NCBI GenBank assembly: GCA_017473865.1
Contig: JAFUJB010000016.1
Location: forward strand, 135,476-199,475
Origin: Clostridia bacterium
GTDB lineage: Bacteria > Bacillota > Clostridia > Oscillospirales > CAG-272
DNA length: 64,000 nt
Direction: 5' to 3'
Numbering within the stretch: position 1 is the stretch's first letter; every line of letters begins with the position of its first letter. A program made the position numbers and the translations under genes. Positions 1 to 10,495 of this stretch are shown here, in pieces. The notes under the pieces were generated by a model. That model ran no database searches. It saw nothing but the letters and a program-made list of their open reading frames with translations, and was not told the DNA's origin.

Positions 1-1
1 C

Positions 2-355
2 GTGCTGAGCTGTAACGTTGAAAGTGCCAACGGAAAAATAACGAAATTTGCACTTCTCAAAAGGGATATTACAAAGCTTACCTGCCCTGAAACGAGTGTG
101 GTTGGCGAATATTTGGAGATAGGTTTTAACTTTGGAGAAAAGGCGAAGCTTAACGAGGTGCTGACGGCAGCTTCATATTTCGGGTTTGAATTGAATAAAA
201 TCAACTCCCTTCCCATATACTACTCTGAAAAAGAATATTATTTTGACGTAGTATTTAACGGAGAAGGCGATCTTGAAAAGCTTATATACTGGCTGGAGCT
301 TGAAATTCCAAGGTATGAGATACTGGGAATATATACAGAGATAAAAACAATATAA
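2..355 (+). CDS. 3' fragment of a gene whose 5' end lies outside the window; ACT-like C-terminus resembling prephenate dehydratase tails
   Basis: Open from the window edge to the stop at 353-355. The tail NKINSLP..YYFDVVFNGEG..ILGIY resembles PheA-type regulatory ends (recollection, weak). Confidence 0.35.
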   Translation: MLSCNVESANGKITKFALLKRDITKLTCPETSVVGEYLEIGFNFGEKAKLNEVLTAASYFGFELNKINSLPIYYSEKEYYFDVVFNGEGDLEKLIYWLELEIPRYEILGIYTEIKTI

Positions 356-374
356 AAGACAAACGGAGGGTAAT

Positions 375-2096
375 ATGTTAGACTACAAAGCAGAATTTTT
401 AAGATGGAAAGAATACGAAGGCCTTGACGCAGACGTAAGAAAGGCACTTGAAGCAATGGAGAATGACGAAGACGAAATTAAAATGTGGTTTTCGTCTGAC
501 ATAGCGTTTGGAACTGCGGGACTTCGCGGAGTTATGACTGCGGGTACAAATGCAATGAATGTATATACCGTAGGCAGAGCAACGCAGGGGCTTGCAAATC
601 TTATTAAAGATGAAAAGGCAGCGGAAAGAGGCGTTGTAATAGCATACGACTGCAGAAACAACTCGGAGCTTTTTGCAAAAGTATCGGCTGAAGTTCTTGC
701 AGCAAATGGGGTTAGAACATATATTTTCGAGTCGCTTCGTCCTACACCCGTACTCTCGTTCGCACTCAGAGAACTGAACTGTATTGCGGGTATTAATATT
801 ACAGCGTCGCACAATCCGAGTAAATACAACGGATATAAGGCATACTGGGAAGACGGTGCTCAGCTCGGTGTAGAGCAGGCAAAGGCAGTTGCGGAATATA
901 TGGGCAAAACCGACGTATTCAATGATATAAAGAGAATTGATTTTGATTCGGCGGTTAAGGACGGCAAGATAGAAGTAGTGGGAAGAGCTCTTGACGAAAT
1001 CTACGTAGGAAAAGTAAAAGAGCAGGCGATTTACCCTGAACTTTTTGAAAAGGTTGCAGAAACTCTTAAGATCGTATATACTCCCCTTCACGGTGCCGGT
1101 AAGATACTCGTTCCCGAGGTTTTGAAATCCTGCGGACTTAAGCATCTTTATACCGTTGACAGCCAGATGGAGCCTAACGGCAACTTCCCCGGTACCCCCA
1201 ATCCCAACCCCGAATTTCCCGAGGTTTTTGAAGAGGGCATCAAGCTTGCCGAAAAGGTAAACAGCGATCTTATCATTGCTACTGACCCCGATGCAGACAG
1301 AGTAGGCATTATGGCGAGAACAAAGAGCGGAGAATTCAAAACTCTGACAGGTAACCAAGTAGGTTCTTTGTTGCTTGATTATATACTTACAGCATACAGA
1401 GAAAAGGGCATAAAGCTTGACAATCCTTATGCTGTTAAGACCATTGTATCAACAGAGCTTGCAACCAAGATCGCAAAAGAAAACGGTATTACTCTTCATA
1501 ACGTGCTTACGGGCTTTAAGTTTATCGGTGAAGTAATCAAAAACTACGAGGCAAAGGGCTACGGTGAATTTGTACTCGGATTTGAAGAAAGCTACGGATA
1601 TTTGAAGGGAACATACGCAAGAGACAAGGATGCTGTCGTTGCATCAATGCTTATTTGCGAAATGGCGGCTTACTATATGCAGAAGGGCATGACGCTCTAC
1701 GATGCCTTGATAAGCTTGTATGAAAAGTACGGTTATTATTTTGAAGGCGTACAGAATATTTATATGGAAGGCGTCGACGGCAAAGATAAGATGGACGCTT
1801 TAATGGAAAAACTGAGAAATGATCCTCCCAAAGAGCTTGGCGGTATCAAGGTCGTTTCGGTCCGCGACTATAAGTCGGGAATAATCACAGACCTCGAAAC
1901 AGGCAATACAGAGCCTACGGGTCTTCCTTCTTCAAACGTTCTCTATTTTGTAAACGCGAACGGAGACGTAGTTGTTGTTCGTCCTTCTGGAACAGAGCCT
2001 AAGCTTAAGCTCTATTTCCTTGTCAACGGTCAAACGGCAGAGCTTGCAAACAAAGCGCTTGACGGATGCAAGGCGACAATGCAGAAATATCTTTAA
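375..2096 (+). CDS. pgcA: alpha-phosphoglucomutase / phosphomannomutase family (PgcA type)
   Basis: 573 aa. Active-site loop TASHNPSKYNGYK, metal loop TDPDADR, GFEESYG, and C-terminal RPSGTEPKLK. Confidence 0.85.
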   Translation: MLDYKAEFLRWKEYEGLDADVRKALEAMENDEDEIKMWFSSDIAFGTAGLRGVMTAGTNAMNVYTVGRATQGLANLIKDEKAAERGVVIAYDCRNNSELFAKVSAEVLAANGVRTYIFESLRPTPVLSFALRELNCIAGINITASHNPSKYNGYKAYWEDGAQLGVEQAKAVAEYMGKTDVFNDIKRIDFDSAVKDGKIEVVGRALDEIYVGKVKEQAIYPELFEKVAETLKIVYTPLHGAGKILVPEVLKSCGLKHLYTVDSQMEPNGNFPGTPNPNPEFPEVFEEGIKLAEKVNSDLIIATDPDADRVGIMARTKSGEFKTLTGNQVGSLLLDYILTAYREKGIKLDNPYAVKTIVSTELATKIAKENGITLHNVLTGFKFIGEVIKNYEAKGYGEFVLGFEESYGYLKGTYARDKDAVVASMLICEMAAYYMQKGMTLYDALISLYEKYGYYFEGVQNIYMEGVDGKDKMDALMEKLRNDPPKELGGIKVVSVRDYKSGIITDLETGNTEPTGLPSSNVLYFVNANGDVVVVRPSGTEPKLKLYFLVNGQTAELANKALDGCKATMQKYL

Positions 2097-2103
2097 TAAA
2101 TAA

Positions 2104-2143
2104 AGAGAGTGAGTGCATACAGCACTCACTCTTTTTGTTTTTG
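2104..2143 (+). terminator. rho-independent terminator after pgcA
   Basis: Stem AGAGTGAGTGC / GCACTCACTCT with loop ATACA, followed by a T-run. Confidence 0.8.
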
Positions 2144-2158
2144 GGGGAAAAGCACAAA

Positions 2159-2427
2159 CAGTCAGGGTTTCACCCTGAAACCCTCCCGCTTTTTGTAAAA
2201 AGCGGGGCAAAAACTTCATACATTGGATCTGTATAAACAATAATATTCTCGCAAACCTCACTGTCTGTACACTCCCATGTTGCCCTGCCGCGTGGCGGCC
2301 TTTTTGAAAAAAGCTCCTCTTGACTCCGCAAAAACTTTTCTTATGGGTTCAGCGAAACATTATTGTCTCCGCAAATCCAATGTTGCAAGGTTTCTTTGCC
2401 TACTTTCTTTCCTCAAAAGAAAGTAGG
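2159..2427. repeat. mosaic cluster of palindromic intergenic modules (BIME-like)
   Basis: Modules CAGTCAGGG..CCCTGA, CCCGCTTTTTGTAAAAAGCGGGGCAAAAACTT and ATGTTGCAAGGTTTCTTTGCCTACTTTCTTTCC..AAAGAAAGTAGG recur at 23394-24080 and 49391-49860. Confidence 0.75.
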
Positions 2428-3656
2428 TCGATTGCGCTTCGCATAATGTCGCCTTCTTTTACTTCAAAAGGCGTTTTTACGTATACGTACATACCGGGGT
2501 GTTGCGCCGAATCAATGGGTTCATTCTTTTCGTTATAAATTTCCTGAACGGTAAATGGGCGTCCCGTTTTTCCGGGGGATAGTATTTCGACCTTATCGCC
2601 GATTTTAAATTTGTTTCTCTGTCTGAAATATGCCATACCTTTTTCAGAGTTATAGCCCTCGGCTACAGCAAAATACGATTGTTCGCATACGTTTTTGTTG
2701 CCCGAGCTTATGTTTGGAACTTCGTTAACCTTGTCGTAGAAATAGCCGGTATGGTATTCGCGGTGGCTGACCGATTCAAGCTCTCTCTTCCAGAGCGGGT
2801 TATATATATAGTTTTCTTTATCTTTGTTGTAGGTGTCAATAGCCATTCTGTATGCATTCGTAACGCAGGCTGTGTAGTAGGCGCTTCTCATTCTGCCCTC
2901 AATCTTAAAGCAGTTTATGCCGCACTCCATAAGGTCGGGAATGTGTTCGATCATACACATATCTTTCGACGCCATAATAAACGTACCCTCATCGGTTTCA
3001 ATAACAGGCATTCTTTCGTTTGGACGCTTTTCTTCCTCGATCTCGTACATTTTATAGTTCCAACGGCAAGGCTGAGAGCAAGCGCCTCTGTTTGCATCGC
3101 GGTTGTTCAGATTGCCTGAAATAAGACATCTGCCGCTGTATGAAATGCACATAGAACCGTGTATAAAGCACTCAAGTTCAAGTTCTTTTGGAATTCTCTG
3201 TCTGATAGCTTTAATTTCGTCAAAGTTAAGCTCTCTGGCAAGAACTATTCTCGATGCGCCCAGCTTGTGCCAAGCATTACAGGCTGCGTGGCTGACCGAG
3301 TTTGCCTGAGTGGATACGTGTATTTCCATATCGGGCAATATTTTTCTGACCGTTTCAAAAACGCCGAGGTCGGAAACGATTAATGCGTCAATATTTGCGT
3401 CTTTTATATCATACAGATATTTTTCGAGTATTTCGTACTCATACCAATGGGGCATCGTGTTTACTGTCAGATAGATCTTTTTGCCTAAAGAATGGGCGTA
3501 AGTCGTTGCTTCAAATATCTGCTCTGTGCTGAAATTTGTTGCAGCAGCGCGCATACCGAATACGTTACCAGCCATATATACGGCGTCGGCTCCGTAGAGA
3601 AGGGCGCTTTTCAGTTTTTCCATATCGCCGGCAGGCGACAGAAGCTCAATACTCAT
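2400..3656 (-). CDS. peptidase U32 family protein
   Basis: N-terminus MSIELLSPAGD..ALLYGADAVY is typical of U32. Start set at the ATG 10 nt after AAGGA; the ORF is open up to 3728. Confidence 0.8.
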   Translation of the reverse strand: MSIELLSPAGDMEKLKSALLYGADAVYMAGNVFGMRAAATNFSTEQIFEATTYAHSLGKKIYLTVNTMPHWYEYEILEKYLYDIKDANIDALIVSDLGVFETVRKILPDMEIHVSTQANSVSHAACNAWHKLGASRIVLARELNFDEIKAIRQRIPKELELECFIHGSMCISYSGRCLISGNLNNRDANRGACSQPCRWNYKMYEIEEEKRPNERMPVIETDEGTFIMASKDMCMIEHIPDLMECGINCFKIEGRMRSAYYTACVTNAYRMAIDTYNKDKENYIYNPLWKRELESVSHREYHTGYFYDKVNEVPNISSGNKNVCEQSYFAVAEGYNSEKGMAYFRQRNKFKIGDKVEILSPGKTGRPFTVQEIYNEKNEPIDSAQHPGMYVYVKTPFEVKEGDIMRSAIDLLSFEERK

Positions 3657-3708
3657 ATTCTTCATATCCTTAAATATATCCCCGCGTGATACGCGGGGAT
3701 ACGTTGTT

Positions 3709-5208
3709 TTAGCCGTTTTTAAGTGCATCCCATTCTTTGTCTATCTTCGCCTTGTTCGCAAGGTGCTCGTTATAGGTCTTGGAAAATACCATATGTCCTT
3801 CAATGTCATTGACAAAGAAATAGTAGCTTGTTTGTTCGGGATAGAGCGCAGCTCTTATTGCCTTTAACGTAGGGTTGGTAATAGGACCGGGGGGAAGACC
3901 TGCGTTTCTGTACGTGTTATAGGGATTGTCTATCTGTGTATCTTCGTTGGTGATTCTGTCTTTTCTCTCGGGGAGAATGTACTGAATGGAAGCGCAGCTT
4001 TCAAGCTTTCTGCCGTAATAGCTGCTGTTTAGTCTGTTATGAAGAACGGATGATACGGTCGTATATTCATCAGTAAACCTTGCTTCCATTTGTATAAGTG
4101 ATGCGAGATTAACTATTTCATCGACGGTCATACCCGACTTTTCACATTCCTGCTTATATTCCGCGCTGAACTTTGAGTGGAAGTTTGCCAGCATCTTTTC
4201 GATAATGGTGGTTTCTTCCGATTCTTTGTAGATATAGTAGGTGTCGGGATACAGATAACCCTCAAGCCTGTATTTTCTGTTGGGGTTAAGGTCTTTCAGA
4301 TCCTGAACGAACCAGTAGTCGTATTCGGTGTTCTGAATTGCATCGATAAAGCCTTCCTTGGTTCCAACACCCTTTTCGTTTACAAGAAGATTAATTATAT
4401 CGTCGACGGTGTAACCCTCGGGGATAGTAACCGATATTTCTGTAAGCCCCATTGATTTCTTTTCAATAAAAGTGTACAAAAGCTCGTCAAAGTTCTGAGA
4501 GGGAGATACTTTGTATACACCCGACAAATACTTTCCGGGGTCGTTTCCTCTTATCATGGTATACAGAACGAAGATTTTGGGGTATTTGATTACATTTTTG
4601 TCGTGAAGCTCTTCTGCAATCTGGTCGAGTGTGGCATATTCTGGGATTACGACCTCAACCTGCGCGTCAGACTTTACAAATGCAAATACGTCGTTTGAAA
4701 CAACGATGATATAGTATGCACAAATACAAGAAACAATGAGTACGCAGGCAATATAAATAAGTGCCTTCGACAAAACGACGACAGGGTTTGCGCCCCTCGT
4801 TTTTTGTTCTGCCGGAACGAAGGTCTTTTGCTTCTTTTCTTTTACTGTTTTGGTTCTTCTCGGCTTGGGCAATCTCTTTGATTGAGCTGCAGAATCAAAA
4901 ACGACTTTGTCGGGTTTTACGTCGGTGATACGGTCGGTTTTAGGCGCAGGTCTTCTCTGTTGAGGTTGTCTTGGTTCTGCGCTTTGGGGGTTAACACCCG
5001 ACGGTACACGCTGTGACGGCTGAGGATCTCTCTGCACGGGCGTTTTTTTCGCTTCGGAAGCGGGAGTTGAAGGGGGAGTCTGTGCATTTTTAGATTTGCG
5101 AATCGCGTCGATGTCGAACACTTCGAAATCCTCGTATACCGTTTCTTTTTTCGTAGAAACCTTAGGTTCGTTCGGAGTATTATTATTCTTGATTTCGTTT
5201 TCGTTCAT
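3709..5208 (-). CDS. mltG: endolytic murein transglycosylase MltG (YceG-like), with a long Pro/Gln-rich N-terminal tail and one TM segment
   Basis: 499 aa. YceG-like C-terminal domain (LASLIQMEA, SCASIQY, NPYNTYRNAGLPPGPITNP, YYFFV). Confidence 0.8.
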   Translation of the reverse strand: MNENEIKNNNTPNEPKVSTKKETVYEDFEVFDIDAIRKSKNAQTPPSTPASEAKKTPVQRDPQPSQRVPSGVNPQSAEPRQPQQRRPAPKTDRITDVKPDKVVFDSAAQSKRLPKPRRTKTVKEKKQKTFVPAEQKTRGANPVVVLSKALIYIACVLIVSCICAYYIIVVSNDVFAFVKSDAQVEVVIPEYATLDQIAEELHDKNVIKYPKIFVLYTMIRGNDPGKYLSGVYKVSPSQNFDELLYTFIEKKSMGLTEISVTIPEGYTVDDIINLLVNEKGVGTKEGFIDAIQNTEYDYWFVQDLKDLNPNRKYRLEGYLYPDTYYIYKESEETTIIEKMLANFHSKFSAEYKQECEKSGMTVDEIVNLASLIQMEARFTDEYTTVSSVLHNRLNSSYYGRKLESCASIQYILPERKDRITNEDTQIDNPYNTYRNAGLPPGPITNPTLKAIRAALYPEQTSYYFFVNDIEGHMVFSKTYNEHLANKAKIDKEWDALKNG

Positions 5209-5259
5209 AATCGTTTCCTTTTTTGATAAATTATGATGAATTTGAAGGGTTATATTCTT

Positions 5260-6174
5260 TTATAGAAAGAGCGTAACAATGAGGAATATCAAAAGACAGG
5301 CAATAAAGCTTGGTGAAACGAGCGCTTCAAAGAGCAGTTTTATGCCGCCTTCCTGTTTTTCAGCTTCGGGGGGAGAGTCTTCACCCTTAACTCCTGAGAG
5401 ATAAAGAATTTTTTCCGCCCCACTAAATGATATCATCAGAAAGATAATAAATAATGTCGTAACTACGAACAAAAAGAAAATTAAGCTGTTCGGAGATTTG
5501 ATGGCTTTCCAGAGTGTAGACTCAAAGAAGAAAGCGTAGAGGTTGTTCAGCAGGTGTAAAGCCATACCTGCAAATACCGAGCGGGTTATATACACGGCGT
5601 ATGAAGCAATAACTCCGAAGAAAAAATATACGATAAACTGATTTAAGTTAAAGTGGAGCATTGCAAACATAAGAGATGACATAAGAATGGCGACTCCCAC
5701 TCCGTAGTCGGAATATTCCGACTGCAGAATACCTCTGAACACAAACTCTTCGGTAATTGCGGGAATGACTGCAAGCGCGATTATAATGTATACAACGTTG
5801 GTCAGAGACGATGCTCCGAGCGGGGAATACGTCTCATACATCGAGGTCTGCGACTCTGCGCCGAAAATATAAAACGTTGCCGTATTGAGAAGCGTGCTTC
5901 CGAAAACAAGTACGCCGAAGGTGGATATAATAAAACCTATCTTATGTCCCGACAGTTTTTTGCAGGGAAGTTTCTTTGTAAGTTTTTTGCCCCTTAATTT
6001 GCAGTAAAAGACTGCGGGAAGAACAAATATAAGCAACTGAAGAATTATCATCGAGAGAAAGATGTTGTCTTTCATTTGCAGCGAGTCAAGGTCGATATAT
6101 CTCGATGAAACCAAGAGCGCGTATATTACAAGCACAAGCAATGGGGCTGAAAAAGAACTTTTAATTCTTGGCAA
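5260..6174 (-). CDS. CPBP family intramembrane glutamic endopeptidase
   Basis: Polytopic membrane protein with EEFVFRG, FAMLHF and HLLNN motifs. Confidence 0.8.
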   Translation of the reverse strand: MPRIKSSFSAPLLVLVIYALLVSSRYIDLDSLQMKDNIFLSMIILQLLIFVLPAVFYCKLRGKKLTKKLPCKKLSGHKIGFIISTFGVLVFGSTLLNTATFYIFGAESQTSMYETYSPLGASSLTNVVYIIIALAVIPAITEEFVFRGILQSEYSDYGVGVAILMSSLMFAMLHFNLNQFIVYFFFGVIASYAVYITRSVFAGMALHLLNNLYAFFFESTLWKAIKSPNSLIFFLFVVTTLFIIFLMISFSGAEKILYLSGVKGEDSPPEAEKQEGGIKLLFEALVSPSFIACLLIFLIVTLFL

Positions 6175-6748
6175 ATGAAATCACTCTCTTTTCGGTAATA
6201 ACAATATCTGAAGGCAGATCATATCTGCCGATGGGAATTTCGCTGATAATAAAATCGTTGTAAACAAGTCCCACCTTTACACCGTTGAAAGAGGACAGAA
6301 ATCTGTCGTAATAACCCTTTCCGTAGCCGAGGCGGTATCCTTTTTTATCATAAACAATGGCTGGAAGGACGCAGATTGTATGCCCGGTTTCGTTTTTATA
6401 GACGGGAAGGTCTTCTGTCGGCTCCATAATGCCGTATTTACCCGATTTAAGCTGCTCAAGTGAAGTTACGAAGTGATATACCATTTCATTGCCTTCTATG
6501 CAGCGAGGAAAAGCAAGTTTTTTACTTTTTGACAGCGCGTCTTGTGCAATCGGATATGTGTTTATCTCATTTTGCAAAGGCGCAAACAGAAGTACTGTGT
6601 CGGCAAAACGGTAAGAACTTAAGGAAAGAAATCTTTTACAGATGTTTTCATCCATTAGTTTTTTTTGTTCTAAGGGAATGTTCTTTCTTTTTTCTTTGTA
6701 TTCGTTTCTTATATTGTTTTTGACTTCTTTTATGTTTATGCGGTTCAT
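6161..6748 (-). CDS. 5-formyltetrahydrofolate cyclo-ligase
   Basis: 195 aa with the GYGKGYYDRFL motif. Overlaps the downstream CPBP gene by 14 nt. Confidence 0.8.
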   Translation of the reverse strand: MNRINIKEVKNNIRNEYKEKRKNIPLEQKKLMDENICKRFLSLSSYRFADTVLLFAPLQNEINTYPIAQDALSKSKKLAFPRCIEGNEMVYHFVTSLEQLKSGKYGIMEPTEDLPVYKNETGHTICVLPAIVYDKKGYRLGYGKGYYDRFLSSFNGVKVGLVYNDFIISEIPIGRYDLPSDIVITEKRVISFAKN

Positions 6749-6759
6749 ATATACCTGTT

Positions 6760-7299
6760 TTATGCAAATATTGAGTTTTTAATTCTTTTTGCAGTTTCAG
6801 AGTCTTTTAAAGCGGAAATAATTTCAGTTGAAAAATCGACCGCCTTTCCCATGCTTTTTGCGGTAATAACGTTGCCGTCGCGAATACAGCCGTAGTCGCC
6901 TGCAAAAGCTCCCTCAAGATATTTTTCAAAACCGGGAAAGCAGGTAGCTTTTTTCTCTTTGAGAAGACCTTTTTCGCCTAGGATACGGGGCGCGGCGCAA
7001 ATGGCGCACAAGAGCTTGCCGTTTTCCGCTGCTTTATCAATGAATTCGTTGACCGTTTTATCCATACGGAGATTATCTGCACCGGGGAGTCCGCCCGGAA
7101 GAATAACGGCATCAATATCGACGGGACTTACTTTGTCGGCAGTAGTGTCTGCAATAACTTTAATTCCGTGAGCTCCGTTAACTGTAGCAGTTTCGTTAAT
7201 GGATACAGTGGTAACGTCAATGCCTGCTCTGCGGAGCATATCGACGGGTGTCAATGCTTCGATTTCTTCAAAACCGTCTGCAAGAAATAAATATACCAT
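6760..7299 (-). CDS. DJ-1/PfpI family protein
   Basis: 179 aa. LADGFEEIE start, LPGG, and nucleophile elbow AICAAP. Confidence 0.8.
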   Translation of the reverse strand: MVYLFLADGFEEIEALTPVDMLRRAGIDVTTVSINETATVNGAHGIKVIADTTADKVSPVDIDAVILPGGLPGADNLRMDKTVNEFIDKAAENGKLLCAICAAPRILGEKGLLKEKKATCFPGFEKYLEGAFAGDYGCIRDGNVITAKSMGKAVDFSTEIISALKDSETAKRIKNSIFA

Positions 7300-7313
7300 T
7301 TTTATAGTTCCTT

Positions 7314-7976
7314 TTAAAGTTCGAGTTTGGTGAGTATGTCTGCGAATATGTCTTTTATCGATCTGAGGTTGTTGTTTTCATCACAGCAGTGGATAATATC
7401 CCAGCCCAGCTTTTCGCTTGAATAGAGAGCGGCTTTATAGCTGTTTACAAGATGATTGCTGTCAGCTTCGTGTATGTCTTTTACTCTGCCTGTCTGCTGC
7501 GAGCGGCTGTTAATAAGAGACATCGACACTTCAGGTCTCATTTCGAGATATATAACTTTGTCGGGGCAGGGGAGTCCGATCTTTTTAAATTCGAAATCCC
7601 ACAGCCAGCTGAGAAAACTGTCCCATGTATCGCGCGGGAGCTTTGAAAGCTGGTGGACTGCATTAGCCGACGTATAGCGATTGGCGATAATATACGTGTC
7701 TTCATCGTAATAGTCTTTTGACCAGTCTGTGCGAAAACTGTAATATCTGTCCATTGCAAAAAAGACGGAAGCGGCGTACGCGTTGGTGTCTTCGGGGTTC
7801 TTTCCGAGTTCGCCTTTTAAGTACATATCGACAAAAGCAGAGCCCTTTCCGTCATAGGTGGGGAAAGAGAGCAGTCTGACTTTTTTGCCCTTTTCTTCAA
7901 GATATTTGACAAGCTGTTTGCTTTGCGTTTCTTTTCCCGAGCCGTCAAGCCCGTCGATCGCGATAAACTTTGCCAT
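7314..7976 (-). CDS. thymidylate kinase-like / deoxynucleoside kinase family protein
   Basis: P-loop IAIDGLDGSGKETQ at the N-terminus, 220 aa. Exact substrate not assignable. Confidence 0.6.
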   Translation of the reverse strand: MAKFIAIDGLDGSGKETQSKQLVKYLEEKGKKVRLLSFPTYDGKGSAFVDMYLKGELGKNPEDTNAYAASVFFAMDRYYSFRTDWSKDYYDEDTYIIANRYTSANAVHQLSKLPRDTWDSFLSWLWDFEFKKIGLPCPDKVIYLEMRPEVSMSLINSRSQQTGRVKDIHEADSNHLVNSYKAALYSSEKLGWDIIHCCDENNNLRSIKDIFADILTKLEL

Positions 7977-7999
7977 ATTCTCAGAACTCTCCTGTTTAT

Positions 8000-10474
8000 T
8001 TATTCTTCATTCTTGAATGCCATTTCGAGATATTCTTCACGGGAAATAAGCACCGTACGGGGTTTCTGACCCTCGGGAGGACTTACAATACCCTTTGTCT
8101 GCATTTTGTCTATGAGTTTTGCGGCTCTTCCGTAGCCGACCGACAGTCTTCTCTGGAGCAGAGAGGTCGATATCTTACCTGATTCAATAGCAAGCTCAAT
8201 TGCTGCACGGAGCAACGGATCTTCGCCTTCTTCGCCGTCTTCGTCAAGGACGCTTCCCTTGCTTTCTCCGCATTTGAGAGCTTCTTTTTCGATTCTTTCA
8301 ATTACGTTAGCGTCATAAGAGCTTACGCCGCTCGTTTCTTTTATAAAGTTTACAATCTTTTCGATTTCAACGTCGGTTACGAATGCGCCCTGTACACGCG
8401 CGGGCTTTGAGAAGCCTACGGGAGCGTAGAGCATATCGCCTCGTCCGATAAGTTTTTCAGCACCCGCAATATCAATGATCGTACGCGAGTCAACCTGAGA
8501 AGCCATAGTGAAAGCGATTCTTGAAGGAACGTTTGCTTTGATAAGACCTGTAACTACGTCGACCGAAGGTCTCTGTGTACCGATTACAAGGTGCATACCT
8601 GCGGCTCTCGCCTTCTGAGCAATTCGGCAGATGGAATCTTCTACTTCTTTGGGGGCTGTCATCATAAGGTCAGCCAACTCGTCGATTACGATAATTATCT
8701 GAGGCAGGAATTCTTTTTCGGGGTCGTCTTTGGTAATTCTGTTATAGCTTGCGACGTCTCTTACGCCTACTTCTTCAATAAGCTCAAAACGTCTGTCCAT
8801 TTCAGATACTGCCCAATGGAGCGAGCCTGCCGCCTTCTTGGGATCGGTTACGACGGGGATAAGCAGATGGGGAAGCCCGTTATACATACTGAGTTCTACT
8901 TTTTTGGGGTCAATGAGGATAAGCTTGACCTCGTCGGGAGTCGCTTTGTAAAGCAAGCTTACGATCATTGAGTTGATGCATACCGATTTACCCATACCCG
9001 TTGCACCCGCGATAAGCAAGTGGGGCATTTTTGCTATGTCGACGTATATGGGAGTACCTGCAACGTCCATACCGAGAGCAACTGTTACGCGGCTCTTGGC
9101 GTTAATAAAGAGCTGATTATCGAGCAGTTCTCTCAAATGAACGATTGATACGTTTTTGTTGGGAACTTCGATACCGACTGCCGCCTTGCCGGGAATGGGG
9201 GCTTCGATTCTTACGCCCGATGTCGCAAGGCTAAGTGAGATATCGTCAACAAGGTTGGCGATGGTACGAACTCTTACGCCCTCCTCGGGAGTAAGCTCGT
9301 ATCTGGTAATGGAGGGACCGCGTGAAATATGGTGTATCTGCGTCTTAACCTTAAAGCTGCGGAGTGTTTCAACGAGCTTGTGAGCCGTTGAACGCATTTC
9401 TTCGCTTATGTCTTCGTTGTTTACGTTTGACGGCGCAGGAAGAAAACTGAGAGGCGGGAATACGTATTCTTTTACGGGCTGTATTTCTTTTACCGGAGCT
9501 TTAATCTCCTCGCCTATAACGGTGCGCTCAACCTCAAGCTCGATTTCTTCGTCTTCCGTATCTTCTTCGTCTTCGCTTTCGTCTTCTTTAGTTTCTTCGT
9601 TTACTTTTTTGACGATATCGTCAAGAGAAACTTCGCCGTCCGTCTCATTTTTCGTAGAGTTTTCAAGGTCCTTCATCGCCTCGTCAAATACGTGAGAGTC
9701 AACGATAATCTCTTGTTCAGGTTCCGTCTCTTCTTCGGGCTCAAGCGCCTCTTCGTTTATGGTAAGCTTTTTCTTGTCGCGGGGGCTGTGCCATACCTTA
9801 GGCTCGCCCTCGTATTCTTCGATAACTTCTTTTGCGTGGCTGAGCTTGTCCTTAATTGTCATAAACGCCGTATAGGGCGTATAACCGCAAAGGAAAGTAA
9901 CGAAAACGAGTGTCAAGGGAATAAATATGCAAAGGGTAAGTATCTTTCCGGTAAATTTAACAAGGAAAGCGGCAATAATTCCGCCCAGCACACCGCCGCC
10001 GTTCCAGTCGTTGCCGTTTTTCCACAGCGTTTTTAAATTCATCGTAAGCTGTGCTTCTGAGGTTGAAAACGAGTGTACAATAACTGCAAACGAAATAAGA
10101 ATAATGATAAAAGAAACTGCTTTAAGCGTTAATGAGTCGTCTTCAATGCTCTTTCTCCACAAAAATGCAATAATTATGAGCATAGGAGATATTATAGCCG
10201 CGCCCCAACCGTACATACCGCAAAGGAAGGGGGTTATGATTTTTCCCGCAAATCCCGAGCTGCCGGGGAATACAAGACAGAAAATAATAGCAAAAGCAAG
10301 CAGTCCCCATACGTAAGGCAATACCTGATGAAGAACACTGTTAGGGTTGGCTTTTTTCTTTTCTTTCTTCTGCGGTGGTTTTTTATCTATTTTCTTTTCG
10401 GTGTCTTTTTTAGCCTTTACGTTTTTACTTGACGTAGTTTTGGGTCTTGATCCTGTTTTTTTGTAAGTAGACAT
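8000..10474 (-). CDS. ftsK: DNA translocase FtsK/SpoIIIE
   Basis: 824 aa. N-terminal TM segments, acidic linker, Walker A GATGMGKSV, DELADLMM, and a C-terminal gamma winged-helix (LLQRRLSVGYGRAAKLID). Confidence 0.9.
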   Translation of the reverse strand: MSTYKKTGSRPKTTSSKNVKAKKDTEKKIDKKPPQKKEKKKANPNSVLHQVLPYVWGLLAFAIIFCLVFPGSSGFAGKIITPFLCGMYGWGAAIISPMLIIIAFLWRKSIEDDSLTLKAVSFIIILISFAVIVHSFSTSEAQLTMNLKTLWKNGNDWNGGGVLGGIIAAFLVKFTGKILTLCIFIPLTLVFVTFLCGYTPYTAFMTIKDKLSHAKEVIEEYEGEPKVWHSPRDKKKLTINEEALEPEEETEPEQEIIVDSHVFDEAMKDLENSTKNETDGEVSLDDIVKKVNEETKEDESEDEEDTEDEEIELEVERTVIGEEIKAPVKEIQPVKEYVFPPLSFLPAPSNVNNEDISEEMRSTAHKLVETLRSFKVKTQIHHISRGPSITRYELTPEEGVRVRTIANLVDDISLSLATSGVRIEAPIPGKAAVGIEVPNKNVSIVHLRELLDNQLFINAKSRVTVALGMDVAGTPIYVDIAKMPHLLIAGATGMGKSVCINSMIVSLLYKATPDEVKLILIDPKKVELSMYNGLPHLLIPVVTDPKKAAGSLHWAVSEMDRRFELIEEVGVRDVASYNRITKDDPEKEFLPQIIIVIDELADLMMTAPKEVEDSICRIAQKARAAGMHLVIGTQRPSVDVVTGLIKANVPSRIAFTMASQVDSRTIIDIAGAEKLIGRGDMLYAPVGFSKPARVQGAFVTDVEIEKIVNFIKETSGVSSYDANVIERIEKEALKCGESKGSVLDEDGEEGEDPLLRAAIELAIESGKISTSLLQRRLSVGYGRAAKLIDKMQTKGIVSPPEGQKPRTVLISREEYLEMAFKNEE

Positions 10475-10495
10475 AATTTCTCCTTTAGTTTTGAC

